From a virus: a stretch of 64,000 bases of DNA. This document shows, in pieces, positions 7,884 through 18,198 of this stretch. The notes beneath the pieces were generated by a model that did no database searches, was not told the DNA's origin, and saw only the letters and a list, made by a program, of their open reading frames with translations. The number at the start of each line of letters is the position of its first letter. Position 1 is the first letter of the stretch. The position numbers and the translations under genes are program-made. The stretch is from positions 41,859 through 105,858 of the IMG/VR virus record IMGVR_UViG_3300031754_000002. One strand, 5' to 3'.

Positions 7884-8921
7884 ATGACCGATGAGCCGAG
7901 TCGAAGCGACGAGATCAAGCACGTAGAAGGAGAGCTAAAGTCCCTTGCGAACCAAGTGGGCGTTGCGATAGGGCGTCTCCGTGCATTGCTCGGGGACGAG
8001 TTCGTCAAGAAGGTCCATGCCGCCGTGACTGGACGAGTTGCCTTTGACGAGGCGCAGCCGCTCACAGATGCGGATGCACGGGCATGGAGCGAGGCGAACC
8101 CCGGCAAGCAGGTACGTTTTACGGTGGAGTCCGAGGTCAAGCCCACAGGCGCCCGAAAGTTGGATGACTGGCTGGACGTGAAGGCACCCAAGGGCACCGT
8201 CGAGATCCGCAGCAATGAGATCAAGGAACTGGAGAAACAGCTAAAGGCGATCCCCGGTAAACTCACCGTTGCGGAGCTAGGCTGGATTCACAATCGTCTT
8301 GGCGAACTCTATAGGATGCCGGTGAAGGGCAACGCGGCACAGCAATCCTTTGCGCAAGCCTTCGGTATGGCACCATCGGAAATACATACGATCGAGGACG
8401 CGATTGTTGAGCTAGCCGACAAGCTCGGCGAGATGCGCACGGACATTACATCGCTCCGTCAGACCGTGGGCGAGCTGCAAACCCCGTTTGAGCCATACGA
8501 GCCGCCAGTGCTCGCCAAGATACTTCGTCCGCATCTGCTCGCGCTAGACGATCACGGTGAGGACGAGTGGGCTGAGGGATCGTTCGGCTGGGGTGAGTGT
8601 TTGTGGGTGCCCGGCAAGGTGGGCATTGATGTGACGGAGATCAAGGTTGAGGCGCTGGCCGCCGGGACGGACAATATACACGGCGCGCAAGTGAAAACCT
8701 ACGCCACCTATCGTGAAGACCACCACGATACCACACAGCGCGAACTTGTTGAGTGCATCGCGCGGGAGGCAGCTAAGCGGAACGCAACTGTTGTGTATCT
8801 CAGTAAGCCGGCGCATCGCCATATCCACGGCGACTATCCTGGCGACACGCCGCGTTTCCTACAGCACTGGTGTTATGCGGCGTTTTTGAGTGCGGCCCGC
8901 GCCGCCGGAGACGAGCAGTGA
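7884..8921 (+). CDS. Hypothetical protein
   Basis: 345 aa with a GAAAGGA RBS directly after array B. Confidence 0.6.
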   Translation: MTDEPSRSDEIKHVEGELKSLANQVGVAIGRLRALLGDEFVKKVHAAVTGRVAFDEAQPLTDADARAWSEANPGKQVRFTVESEVKPTGARKLDDWLDVKAPKGTVEIRSNEIKELEKQLKAIPGKLTVAELGWIHNRLGELYRMPVKGNAAQQSFAQAFGMAPSEIHTIEDAIVELADKLGEMRTDITSLRQTVGELQTPFEPYEPPVLAKILRPHLLALDDHGEDEWAEGSFGWGECLWVPGKVGIDVTEIKVEALAAGTDNIHGAQVKTYATYREDHHDTTQRELVECIAREAAKRNATVVYLSKPAHRHIHGDYPGDTPRFLQHWCYAAFLSAARAAGDEQ

Positions 8922-9205
8922 GTGACGACTTCGGCAAACTGCACCAAGCCGACAACTCCGCCAGCCTCAACGGTGTGACACTCCGCGACCTTACCGAGGC
9001 TTTCGACGCCGAGTTTGAGAATCGCCTCATCGCAGGCATCTATCATCTACGCGAAGGAGACACCATGACCACAACCCCGAACCCCTTGAAGCTGAAAGGT
9101 ATGCGCCAAATCGGTCCGCGACGCGGACTATGCCTTATCCCTCGCCACAACGGCGTAGGCGCCCTGCTCGGCGCAGACATAGAAATCACTACTACCGAAC
9201 CATGA
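8918..9205 (+). CDS. Hypothetical protein
   Basis: GTGA overlap with the previous stop. Confidence 0.45.
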   Translation: MSDDFGKLHQADNSASLNGVTLRDLTEAFDAEFENRLIAGIYHLREGDTMTTTPNPLKLKGMRQIGPRRGLCLIPRHNGVGALLGADIEITTTEP

Positions 9206-9367
9206 ACCTGAGCATGTTAGCCGTGCCGTCTATGAACTCGTGTGCGATTCGCTACTCGACAGACGGATAGATAATCCACACGACCCCGCTCAGCGCAAGG
9301 TATGGGTGCGCTGCATGACCGAGGAGCACGAGCAGGAAAGCAATCGTCTCGCCGGGTTCTGAGGGGC

Positions 9368-11846
9368 CTACTTAGCTGGCGTCAACACCTTCCCGTCACC
9401 GTTCGATGACGGCACAGCCGGCTCCGGTGCATACTTCGCTTCGATGGCCTGTTCCGCTTCCGCCATCACTTTTTCAAGTAGCGTCGTGTTAATCGGCGAG
9501 TTCAGTTTATCGCCGTCCGGCAACGCCGGCAGGTCGAACAGTGCTCGTGCGTCGTTCGGCGTGAAGTAGCCTCCGAGCGTCCCGAGCGAGCCAGCGTTCG
9601 CGCGCTCAAGGGTATCCCCGCGCAGACGGTGGCTCATGTCGATCGCCACGAACTGCCCTGGCGGGTGGATCGCGGTCATCGCGGCTTCGTAACGGCCCGT
9701 ATAGTCCTGCAACGTGTTTTTCGTAAAGCCTAGCTCCTGCTGCTCGATCCCCCGATAATCGACCCCACGAGTTGTGAACAACCACGCCTTCGGCTAGGAA
9801 GGAGTGATTACCCGCAACCGCGAGGTCATAGACTGGCACCTCAACTTTCGAGCGGTCGATTTTGATTACACGCTGCAAGATAACGTCGTCGTACTCCCAA
9901 CCGTAGCTCGGGCTCTGCCGGCGACCATCCCAGCCGCCAACGTTGCCGCCCGTCCATCCCTCGTCATAGCGCCCTAGTCGTATTGCTGGTCGAGTGACGA
10001 GTCGCGCCCGCTTACGCGCGCTATTGGCACCGATACGACTATTGAAGAACACAGTCGAGAGAGCAAGTTGATACTTCTGGCCCGACCGCACACGACGGCC
10101 AGCAATCACCGCGTCACACGGCGGTCGTCCCAGGTGGACTCGTCCAGCCGGAACACCCACTTGGATGCACAAGTGGCGGATATCCTCTAGCAGGAGTCGG
10201 TTACACGATGCGAAGCTAATCGCCCCTGCCTTGTTGACACTCCCGTCTGCGTCGAGATATCCGCGCAGGAATGCTAGCTGTAGCTCCGGCTTGAGTTCGT
10301 ACACCCAACCCGGCACTCGCTTTGTATGCGCGTCGCCCGTGAACCCGCAGTCGTCAAGCAGTTCGCGTGCGTCGGCCGACGAGAAGCGCGTCCTCGTGCC
10401 TGTGCGTATCCCCCGATTGGGTGCGTTGTCTGTGTAGGGTTCTACGCCGAACTCATCGCGTACGACCTGGCAGTAGTGCTCCATGTGATCGGGCTTGCTC
10501 TCGTGGGCGAGCTCGAAACGGTTTTTGTCCTGTGAGCCATCGCCCGTGTAGAGTCCACAAAGCTCCATCGCGCCGACCGTAAGCTGGCGCCCATTGGGCG
10601 CATACTCATCACCCTGGTCCCCGAAGCCATGAGGCACGAGCAGGTAATCCTTGATCGTAACCTCATCGGCGCGAACCCAAACCGTTTCCCAGGCGCAGTC
10701 GCCACTCGCACGGCCCTCTGGCCGTCCAAAGTATCGGCGCACTGGCAAAACATGGTTTGCCGTCAACTTGACAGTGCGAGCCGATGTCTGGATGCTCAGG
10801 AGAGGCTTGTGGCCGGTTAGTTGCCGCGAGACGACCGTTGCAGGCTCGATCCCGCGCTCACCGAGCGACCAAACCTCCTCGCCAGCCTGAATCTCGCAGA
10901 TTGGCCGTGGTCCCTGCGTCGTGAACACCTGCGCTTCGGCGGGCAGACACGAAACTCGTTCAGTCAGTCCGATCATGTGCGGGGGGCACCGAAAGATCGT
11001 GGATGCGATCTCTGATGCCGACCATTGAAGCGATTCTAGGAATTGGGAGTCCTGCGGGGATATCGTGATCGGCTTGATTTCCGTGTCACCCGTCACGACG
11101 GCTGGAAGATGCGAGCTATTCAAGCCCTGGTGCGCCGCCATAAACGAGCGAACCATTTTCTTTGTCTGGTCCGGCGACAGGTCACCCTTGACCTGGATCA
11201 CGATCGACGGGTTCGCGCTATTGCGGAAGTACTGTAGCCCATAGGTGGACTGCGAAAGCGACTTGCTAAACGCCAAGCGCTGCGCCTCAATTGGGTTAAT
11301 GCCTTCCAACATTCCCGGAAGCCAGAGGAGCTTGACGTGAAATACATCTTGCCTTGGCACAACTTTATTGAAGAACCGATACTGGAGTTCTCCTTTACGC
11401 AGCCGTTCGACATGCGCACTGTCGGCCGGTATGGGCTTGATCTGCGTCGGGTAGAGCTGCTTGTCGCGGCTGATGATCTGGCCGAAGAAGTTGCCACGAA
11501 TGGCGAGGGACGCGACGAACTGGACGATCCAGTCGAAAAGCCCAATCTCGCAGTATGGTTCGGTGAGGAGGGGAGAGGGTTTTAGCTCTTTCGCCTTTCG
11601 TAGTACCCTGTTGTTGAGCAGCAGAACGGGGGAGTTCGCTACCGAGCTAGAAAGAAGGTTAGCGCATGAGTAGACGGTCGCTATCGAGAGCGCCGCCTCT
11701 TGGCTTACACCCATGCCTCCAGACCCACCGAATCCCCCGATTTCTGAGTTCGTAGGCTACGGGGGAACGCTGTTGCCCCATTCGGTGCCCGGCCGCGCCG
11801 CGCGTGCGTCCATTGTCTGTGACAGCGCGCGAAGGATCAACGACAT
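9368..11846 (-). pseudogene. HK97-type portal protein with an intein; in-frame TAG near the N-terminus and a frameshift just after the intein
   Basis: Portal motifs ALSIATVYSC, LAIRGNFF, DSQFLES, FRCPPHMIG. C-terminus GIEQQELGF...TPNDARALFDLP lies in another frame (9368-9781). N-terminus reads MSLILRALS...NSVPP*PTNSEIG. Confidence 0.8.
9771..10949 (-). mobile_element. Intein in portal (Cys1, about 393 aa) with LAGLIDADG homing endonuclease
   Basis: S|CLPAEAQV ... TANH ... LCGLYTGDG ... FLRGYLDADG ... VYDLAV ... VVHN|S. Confidence 0.9.
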
Positions 11847-11886
11847 TCCCCTAAACCACCTCCCCCACTAATGCTATAATGGGTTT

Positions 11887-12531
11887 ATGACCAAACCAAA
11901 GGATGACCAACGCTGTCCGCGATGCCTTATCCGCCCCAAGATACCTGGGGTCGGCCGCCGTGTTACGGCACTTGCCGCACATGTGGCAAGCCGGCGCCAA
12001 AAGAGGGTAAGTACTACCGAACCTACTGCCGTAGCTGCGAGCCTAAGCGCGAAAACTGCTCGCAATGTGGCAAGCCACGCGATGGCTCACATGCTTCATA
12101 TTGCGTCGCGTGCTTCAAAGAATATGAGCGAGACTGGGCGAAGGCGAATCCCGAGAAAGTCCGCCTCAAGGAAAGGGGATGGCGCAGCCGTAACGTAGAA
12201 GCACTTCAGCGCAAGGAACGCCGTCGGACTCTAGCCAAACATGATCTCACAACCGATGAGTTCGCCACGATGCTCGCCGCTCAAGACAGCCGATGTGCCA
12301 TCTGTCACCGAACGGCCGCAGAAGCTGGGCGGCCGTGGGACCCGTCTCCACGTCGATCATTGCCATGCGACGGGCGCGATTCGCGCATTGCTCTGCAATC
12401 ATTGCAATATCGGGCTCGGGTGTGCTGGCGATAGTCCCGAGCGTCTGCGTGCCATGGCTGACTACCTCGAACGGCACTCTAAGAAGCCTGTCGAGTCCGT
12501 CGCGCCTGACGTTCTACCCGTTTCAGCTTGA
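11887..12531 (+). pseudogene. Endonuclease VII-like HNH (probably homing) endonuclease, frameshifted
   Basis: LTTDEFATMLAAQDSRCAIC in one frame and LHVDHCHATGAIRALLCNHCNIGLG in another; the shift is near 12328. Confidence 0.75.
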
Positions 12532-12715
12532 TCTTCGCACGCAGGTCATGCTGCGCGGTCATAGCCAGCTTGATTGGATTCAGTCCCTCAACCGCTATGC
12601 CCACGATCACAAGCAGGAAGGCGGCGGCGATAAGCGCCCAGCCTCGGCCCGCAAGTTCGTAGATGCCGAGCGTAAAGGCGGCGATGGCTATGGCGTCGAT
12701 GAGATTTGAGAGCAT
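12479..12715 (-). CDS. Small two-TM membrane protein upstream of portal
   Basis: MLSNLIDAIAIAAFTLGIYELAGRGWALIAAAFLLVIVG. Confidence 0.6.
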   Translation of the reverse strand: MLSNLIDAIAIAAFTLGIYELAGRGWALIAAAFLLVIVGIAVEGLNPIKLAMTAQHDLRAKIKLKRVERQARRTRQAS

Positions 12716-12827
12716 CAGCACGCGCCTGTGTACTCGTGGCGTGTTCTTCCCGCGAAGCGGCACTCGATGCTGGGGCCGTCCTTCAAGTGCATACGGACCT
12801 TCTTGTGCTGCTTGTTTAGGCCCAACA

Positions 12828-13020
12828 TCATGCACTGACAACCTTGAACGGGCCATGCACATAAGGCGTTAGCTCCTCTACCGCACCGAGAGCAGTAAGG
12901 AGCTTTGCTTCCGGCGTCTGTTTGGTATCCCGCAACGCATAGAGCGCGTCCGTTGCTTCCTGCCGAGTCGCCGCCAACGTAGACCTTGCCATCGTGCTCG
13001 ATGCCCGCAATACAGGTCAT
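12828..13020 (-). pseudogene. Remnant of a phage HslV/proteasome-beta (Ntn) protease-like gene
   Basis: N-terminal MTCIAGIEHDGKVYVGGDS is fused out of frame to a C-terminal-like ALYAL...ALGAVEELTPYVHGPF; the middle is missing. Confidence 0.5.
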
Positions 13021-13206
13021 CGCTGCACCGTCTCTCGAGGCGCGAAGTCCCATACCGACTTGCCGATGACCGGCCCCATTACCTCATGGTGCCCTGTCTC
13101 CTGCGTCTCCGTCAAATACAACATGACGGTTTTCCAGCCCCGATCATCGTTCCATGTACGGTAGATGACGTTGCCTGCATCGTCGGTGACTTGTTGCCGA
13201 GGTCGC

Positions 13207-13662
13207 TCATCCGCGCACTTCTTTGGCTTTCGCCGGAGCGAATGGCTGATCGGGGGATTGCGCAAGCCGATGTTTGTCAGCCTTCGGCAGACGAGCGAAC
13301 CATGCTCGCATCACCTTCACTTCGTCGTTGCTCATAGTCCCACCAACCAACACGCCAGTCGGCGCCGCGTCAGGACCAAAGAAGCTCGTAGGGTACAACT
13401 CCGTGAGTACCTGGAGCTTGTCCACCGCAACGCCGAGGGCGACGGCTATGTCCTTGACTTCGCCGCTCTTGTATGGTCGCCCGGTCGATTCGTGGACGAC
13501 CGCTAGTTGCAGCGAGTGAACCACGGCCTCCTGTGCTGCGACTAGTTGCTCACGCCAGTCCTCGTCCCAGCCATAGTCCTTAGCCGCAGTCTTCCGCACG
13601 TGCGTTGTTTTACTGCCGCCTTCCAGTGTCACCTTTACAGCGCTTGTTTCGTGGCTTGCCAT
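13207..13662 (-). CDS. Hypothetical protein
   Basis: 151 aa with an AGGAAAGGA RBS. Confidence 0.55.
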   Translation of the reverse strand: MASHETSAVKVTLEGGSKTTHVRKTAAKDYGWDEDWREQLVAAQEAVVHSLQLAVVHESTGRPYKSGEVKDIAVALGVAVDKLQVLTELYPTSFFGPDAAPTGVLVGGTMSNDEVKVMRAWFARLPKADKHRLAQSPDQPFAPAKAKEVRG

Positions 13663-13823
13663 CTCGTCCTTTCCTGCCCAAACGGGCGATTGTGTAACAC
13701 CGTCTCGCTATCTAGCGCGTTCACAAGACTGCAACTGAAGTTTTACCCTATCGGTCATTGTCCGCTAGTCCTCCTCCACTCGCTGTTATTTCTCGGTCAG
13801 CGAGAACCGTACTAATGAGTAAA

Positions 13824-13915
13824 TGCGCCAGATGGGACTCGAACCCACATCCGCCTCCTTGAAAGAGAGGTGCTGGGGACCGGGTTACGGTCTCTACCAA
13901 TTCAGCTACTGACGC
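13824..13915 (-). tRNA. tRNA-Glu(TTC) with an enlarged D-loop containing a hairpin
   Basis: Acceptor GCGTCAG/CTGGCGC; D-stem GCTG/CAGC; anticodon arm CCTCT-CTTTCAA-GGAGG; T-arm GTGGG-TTCGAGT-CCCAT. Confidence 0.8.
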
Positions 13916-14276
13916 AAGATGAGTAGGGCGGCTAAGAGCGAGTGGCCCTCACCGCGCCCGAAGAGAAGCGTTACTGCGAAGGGATGGCCGGGACTCCCGA
14001 TTCGCATGCTTACCTATTGATCGTTCGTTGCACCACACCCCCAATGCTACACCAGTGGCGTATGCTTTACCTTATAGCAGCGACCAAGCCACATCCACCA
14101 CCTGGAGAACATCGGCGTCCACTCAGTCTCAGGCTCCTCGCGGGTCTCATAGCCCGTGGCGAACTTAATGGGAATGAGCTGGCGAATACGACGAATGCAT
14201 TGCATGGTTTCTCCTCCGGTCTAGAATAGTCCGGCTCGACCAGCCATTATCGAGGTACGCTCTAAGCTGGCCCATT

Positions 14277-14576
14277 TTACAAGCCTGATGCGATCAAGTC
14301 ACGCTCGATCGCCGCCCGGCGAGTGTTCGCCCGATTCTTCGGATAATAATACTTGTCCCAATGACACAGCATGCAACGTGCGTTGCCACAGCTATGAGGG
14401 GTGCGCTTGCGCATGAACCCCATACCGAGATAACAGTGACAGGAATCCTCATCCGCTGTTGGTGGTACTGGCGCGAGTGCGCAGTAAGAGTAGGCGCCGT
14501 CGAATGCCTCGTGCTTGGCGATCTCTTCCCGCCATCTACGGAGCATCAAGTCCCGCTCTGCGTGCCAGCGCTGCAT
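14277..14576 (-). CDS. Hypothetical Cys/His-rich protein
   Basis: CHC...CGNARCMLCH; RBS GAGGA. Confidence 0.5.
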   Translation of the reverse strand: MQRWHAERDLMLRRWREEIAKHEAFDGAYSYCALAPVPPTADEDSCHCYLGMGFMRKRTPHSCGNARCMLCHWDKYYYPKNRANTRRAAIERDLIASGL

Positions 14577-14727
14577 ACCATCCTCACCTTAGAAACGCGC
14601 CCCGCTGCTTGCCTACCGGCTGCGATCCGGCTTCAGCGACTACCGGCTCGTAGGCTGGTCCTCTTTTTGCTCACCGCCTCACGACGGATCAATGCTTGGC
14701 GTCTGAGGTAGGGCCGCAACCCCCATG

Positions 14728-15075
14728 CTACCAGACCTGTTCGTACAGCGCAATCTCGCTTGACCGAACCGTGAACGTCTTCTCATCCAGCCCCGTCAGC
14801 TCGACGGCTTCGTCCTTCTCGAAGGCCACAACGACTGGCCTGATGTCCCGGACTTCACGGGCGAGCCCGCAGTGGAGCATGATGCGACCCGAGACGGGCT
14901 CCAGGGGTTCCGGTGCTGGTTCGGGAGCCGGGCTTGGCGTCGGTTCGCCTACGGGTTCCGGCGTCGGAGTCGATTCTGGGATAGGAGCAGGGCTCGGTTC
15001 CAGGGCTGGTTCCGTGGCCTCAGCGACCGGCTCCGCGAGTGCGGTTGATGCCTCCATTGACAGCCTTCCTTTCAT
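14728..15075 (-). CDS. Hypothetical protein with a Pro/Glu-rich N-terminus
   Basis: EPSPAPIPESTPTPEP low-complexity region. Confidence 0.5.
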   Translation of the reverse strand: MKGRLSMEASTALAEPVAEATEPALEPSPAPIPESTPTPEPVGEPTPSPAPEPAPEPLEPVSGRIMLHCGLAREVRDIRPVVVAFEKDEAVELTGLDEKTFTVRSSEIALYEQVW

Positions 15076-15287
15076 CGAGTAACGTATGTAAGTACATGGT
15101 CGAGCCGACCGTAGGACAACTCATGGGTATTGGTAGACGTGACCGGGAAGCCCGAATGGTAGTGTCTCAGTTTGGGATTCGTCCCCACGGGACAGGTTGC
15201 GGGGTCTAGTGTCGCTGGCAACCAATCCAGCGGCCCCGGCGCGGACGGTAATCCAACGCCGGGGCCTTGACACCGGGAGGTCCCCCG

Positions 15288-15554
15288 ATGCCCGACGAGA
15301 ACCCTACCCCCGACGAGCCTGCGCGCGACTTCGGCAACCTCGAACGCGACGCGCTGTATCTGTTGACCGATCCCGGCCGTCTGCCGCCGCTCTGGGCGGT
15401 CCCGGACATGGGACGGGAGCTGAACTACTTCGACCCGGACTGCGTGATCGAACCCCTGCTCCGCGCCGGGTTGATCTACCGGACCTCGGATGGGTTCGTG
15501 TTCGCCACACCCGCCGCGTACCATCTGGTCGCGTTGACCGGCCACGTGATCTGA
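15288..15554 (+). CDS. IS passenger, small wHTH-like hypothetical protein
   Basis: GGAGG RBS; its start is homologous to the truncated copy at 63587. Confidence 0.55.
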   Translation: MPDENPTPDEPARDFGNLERDALYLLTDPGRLPPLWAVPDMGRELNYFDPDCVIEPLLRAGLIYRTSDGFVFATPAAYHLVALTGHVI

Positions 15555-15557
15555 CGG

Positions 15558-15788
15558 ATGCCTGCCAAGAAATCGGCGGCGATCCAGGCCGTCGGCGAGG
15601 CGATCCGGTCGGCTCGGCGAGAGCGCGGGTACGCACAAGAGGCGTTCGCGGCTCGCGTGGGGTTGGATCGCAGCTATCTCGGGGCGGTCGAGCGTGGCGA
15701 GTTCAACATCACCATCGACACGCTCTTGAAGATCACGGACGGCCTCGGCGTGTCCGCGAGCATGCTGCTTCGCCGAGCACGGCTCTGA
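15558..15788 (+). CDS. XRE-family HTH regulator (IS passenger)
   Basis: IRSARRERGYAQEAFAARVGLDRSYLGAVERGE. Confidence 0.85.
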   Translation: MPAKKSAAIQAVGEAIRSARRERGYAQEAFAARVGLDRSYLGAVERGEFNITIDTLLKITDGLGVSASMLLRRARL

Positions 15789-15915
15789 GCATCCCAGGGG
15801 CGCCATGCCGCAGGGCCGGGCGTGGCGCCGTACCGCTGGACATCACAGTACCTCGGAGTTCTAACAGATGGGCGTAGGCTGTGCCGCTTGCGATCAGCGA
15901 GCAAGGAGAAGCCAA

Positions 15916-16614
15916 ATGGCGCTGCTGTTTGACGAGTTTGGGACGAGGCGGATCGAGCTGGATGTCTTGATGTGGCCTGGATTCGACCATGGATTCAAGG
16001 AAGGCGAGCTGTCCGGTCTGTACGGAGCGCTCAACACCGATGATCTCTTCGAGTCCTGTGAGCTGCGCGCCAACATCGGAGCGGAGTTCGAGAGCGAGCA
16101 TTGGCGGTACGACATCTCCACGACTCGCATCCACGTGTCGAGTAAAGCCTTCCAGGACTTCAACCAGCTCGACAAGCGCGTTTTGGTCCTTCTTGAGGAA
16201 ACGAAGCGCTTTCTAACGCCAGCTCGGCTCCCATTCTTGACGGCGAATCGCGCTCTTGTGGCGGGTGTCATCCCCGAGGGAGACCCGGAGAAGGACGTGG
16301 CGGAGCGTGTCCGGGCGAAGCTCCTTTCACGACGTATCACGCAGGGAGCCGACGGGGAGCGCGCCATAGATGCCCTTCCTGGCGAGCTGGCCGGAGTTGG
16401 CCTAACGCTTGTCGGAGATACTGAGACCTATCACTGGCACGCCAACATCGGTCCAGTTCATTCTCCGACCTCAGACCTTACGATCAGCGCGGATCTGTAT
16501 TTTCCACCGCCAGATGAGCGTCCAGAGGAGGCCATGATCTCCGACAGGCTACGAACTGCCTACGACTTCCTCAGAACAAACCTATTGGAATTTGCCGAGA
16601 AGAGCCTAAGCTAG
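15916..16614 (+). CDS. Hypothetical IS passenger protein
   Basis: AGGAG RBS; 232 aa. Confidence 0.6.
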   Translation: MALLFDEFGTRRIELDVLMWPGFDHGFKEGELSGLYGALNTDDLFESCELRANIGAEFESEHWRYDISTTRIHVSSKAFQDFNQLDKRVLVLLEETKRFLTPARLPFLTANRALVAGVIPEGDPEKDVAERVRAKLLSRRITQGADGERAIDALPGELAGVGLTLVGDTETYHWHANIGPVHSPTSDLTISADLYFPPPDERPEEAMISDRLRTAYDFLRTNLLEFAEKSLS

Positions 16615-16838
16615 TCATCAGGAGCCGAACAATGCCCGAACATCTCCGCAACGACGACCATCCCAGTGGCGAAAGCTCCCGCGTTGCTCGTGCCCGCCGA
16701 CGTGACGCTCGCAGGCATCATTGCGACGTTGCAGAGCCCGACCGAGCGACCGAGTTCGAGCGCTTCAAGACGCTCGCCGGACGCCGCACCGAAGCCCTGG
16801 AATCAGAGGAAGACGAGCCAAGCACAGACAGCTAGGGA

Positions 16839-17084
16839 TCAGCGATGAGCTGCCTTGCTCCACCGCGCCTTCGCGGCGCGTTTGGCGGACTCGCTTCGCT
16901 CCTCGGCTGTCAAGGTTGCCGCGCGGGCCTTCCCGCCCTTCTGACCGCCCTTGCGCCCGCGTGCGATGGCTTTGGGGTCCTTCCCGGCATTCGGGTCGGG
17001 GTCCTCGACCTGCCCCGTGGCGATGTCCACGATGAGCTTTCCGAGCTGGTTCGGGTCGCGCGGCCGTCGTGGATGCGTGGTCAT
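16839..17084 (-). CDS. Small basic protein divergent from the IS1 transposase
   Basis: RPRDPNQLGKLIVDIATG...GRKGGQKGGKARAATLTAEERSESAKRAAKARW; a paralogue lies at 49555-49761. Confidence 0.75.
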   Translation of the reverse strand: MTTHPRRPRDPNQLGKLIVDIATGQVEDPDPNAGKDPKAIARGRKGGQKGGKARAATLTAEERSESAKRAAKARWSKAAHR

Positions 17085-17151
17085 ACCGAGCATCGTAGCG
17101 CTGCTGTTGGAGGGAGTTTTTCCGTCCGACGTATCACGCATAATGTTCAGT

Positions 17152-17991
17152 ATGAACAGGTTGTCCACCGAGAAGCGCGCCGCGATCCTCGGAATGATGG
17201 TTGAGGGCAACAGCCTTCGCGCGACGACCCGCATGGCAGGCTGCTCGATCAACACCGTCTCGAAGCTGCTGCTGGACATTGGTGAGGCATGCGCCTCCTA
17301 CCAGGACGAGCATCTACGGGACCTGCCATGCAAGACGATCGAGGCAGACGAGATTTGGTCGTTCGTCGCCTACAAGGAGCGAAACAAGCCAGCCGAGATG
17401 AAGGGCACGTTCGGCACCGGCGATGTCTGGACATGGACGGCGCTCGACGCCGACTCCAAGCTCATCGTGTGCTGGTACGTGGGCGACCGGAAATACGAGG
17501 ACGCCGCCGCGTTCATGCTGGACCTCAAGGACCGTCTACGCGACCGCATCCAGCTCACGACGGACGGGCACGCCGCCTACCCGAATGCGGTCGGCCTGGC
17601 GTTCCGCCACAACATCGACTTTGCGCAGCTCATCAAGCAGTACGCAGCGGACCCACGCACCGGACAGGCTCGCTACAGCCCGCCAGTCTGCACAGGAGCG
17701 CGCGTCCGTGTCGATCGCGGCAACCCGGACCCCGCGAAGATCAGCACGTCCTACGTCGAGCGCCAGAACCTCACGATGCGGATGGGTATGCGCCGCTTCA
17801 CACGGCTGACCAACGGCTTCTCGAAGAAGCTCGACAACCACATGGCCTCCATCGCCCTGCACTTCATGCACTACAACTTCGGCCGTCCGCACACCAGCCT
17901 CAAGAACCCCTACCCGCGCACGCCAGCGATGGCCGCAGGCGTCGCCGACCACATCTGGACCCTGCAAGAGATCGCGGGGCTACTCGATTGA
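17152..17991 (+). CDS. IS1-family DDE transposase
   Basis: N-terminal HTH; DEIWSFV, QLTTDG, STSYVERQNLTMR, RRFTRLTNGFSKK. Confidence 0.9.
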   Translation: MNRLSTEKRAAILGMMVEGNSLRATTRMAGCSINTVSKLLLDIGEACASYQDEHLRDLPCKTIEADEIWSFVAYKERNKPAEMKGTFGTGDVWTWTALDADSKLIVCWYVGDRKYEDAAAFMLDLKDRLRDRIQLTTDGHAAYPNAVGLAFRHNIDFAQLIKQYAADPRTGQARYSPPVCTGARVRVDRGNPDPAKISTSYVERQNLTMRMGMRRFTRLTNGFSKKLDNHMASIALHFMHYNFGRPHTSLKNPYPRTPAMAAGVADHIWTLQEIAGLLD

Positions 17992-18198
17992 AACTGAGGC
18001 ACTACCGCCCGAATACGCGGTGATCTTCTGCGCCGGCATGATGAGGAGGCCAAAGAGCTTCGGATCGTTGAAGGCTAAGGATCTAAACGAGCGCAAGCTA
18101 ATCTTCGGATGCGATTGTGGTTGTCGTGGCGACTGGTCACTCGATGATGCGGGGCTATATGAGCGTCCGGCCCTCGACTCGCTGCTGGGGAAAGCGAC

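Larger units (their letters stand above)
15158..18006 (+). mobile_element. IS1-family element with passenger genes
   Basis: IRs GGTAGTGTCTCAGTTT and AAACTGAGGCACTACC. 8-bp target duplication GCCCGAAT at 15150-15157 and 18007-18014. Confidence 0.9.

Noticed and set aside
11757-11759. TAG recoding or amber suppression to explain the portal stop
   Set aside because: No CUA-anticodon tRNA was seen, and TAG ends normal genes here (e.g. the major capsid).
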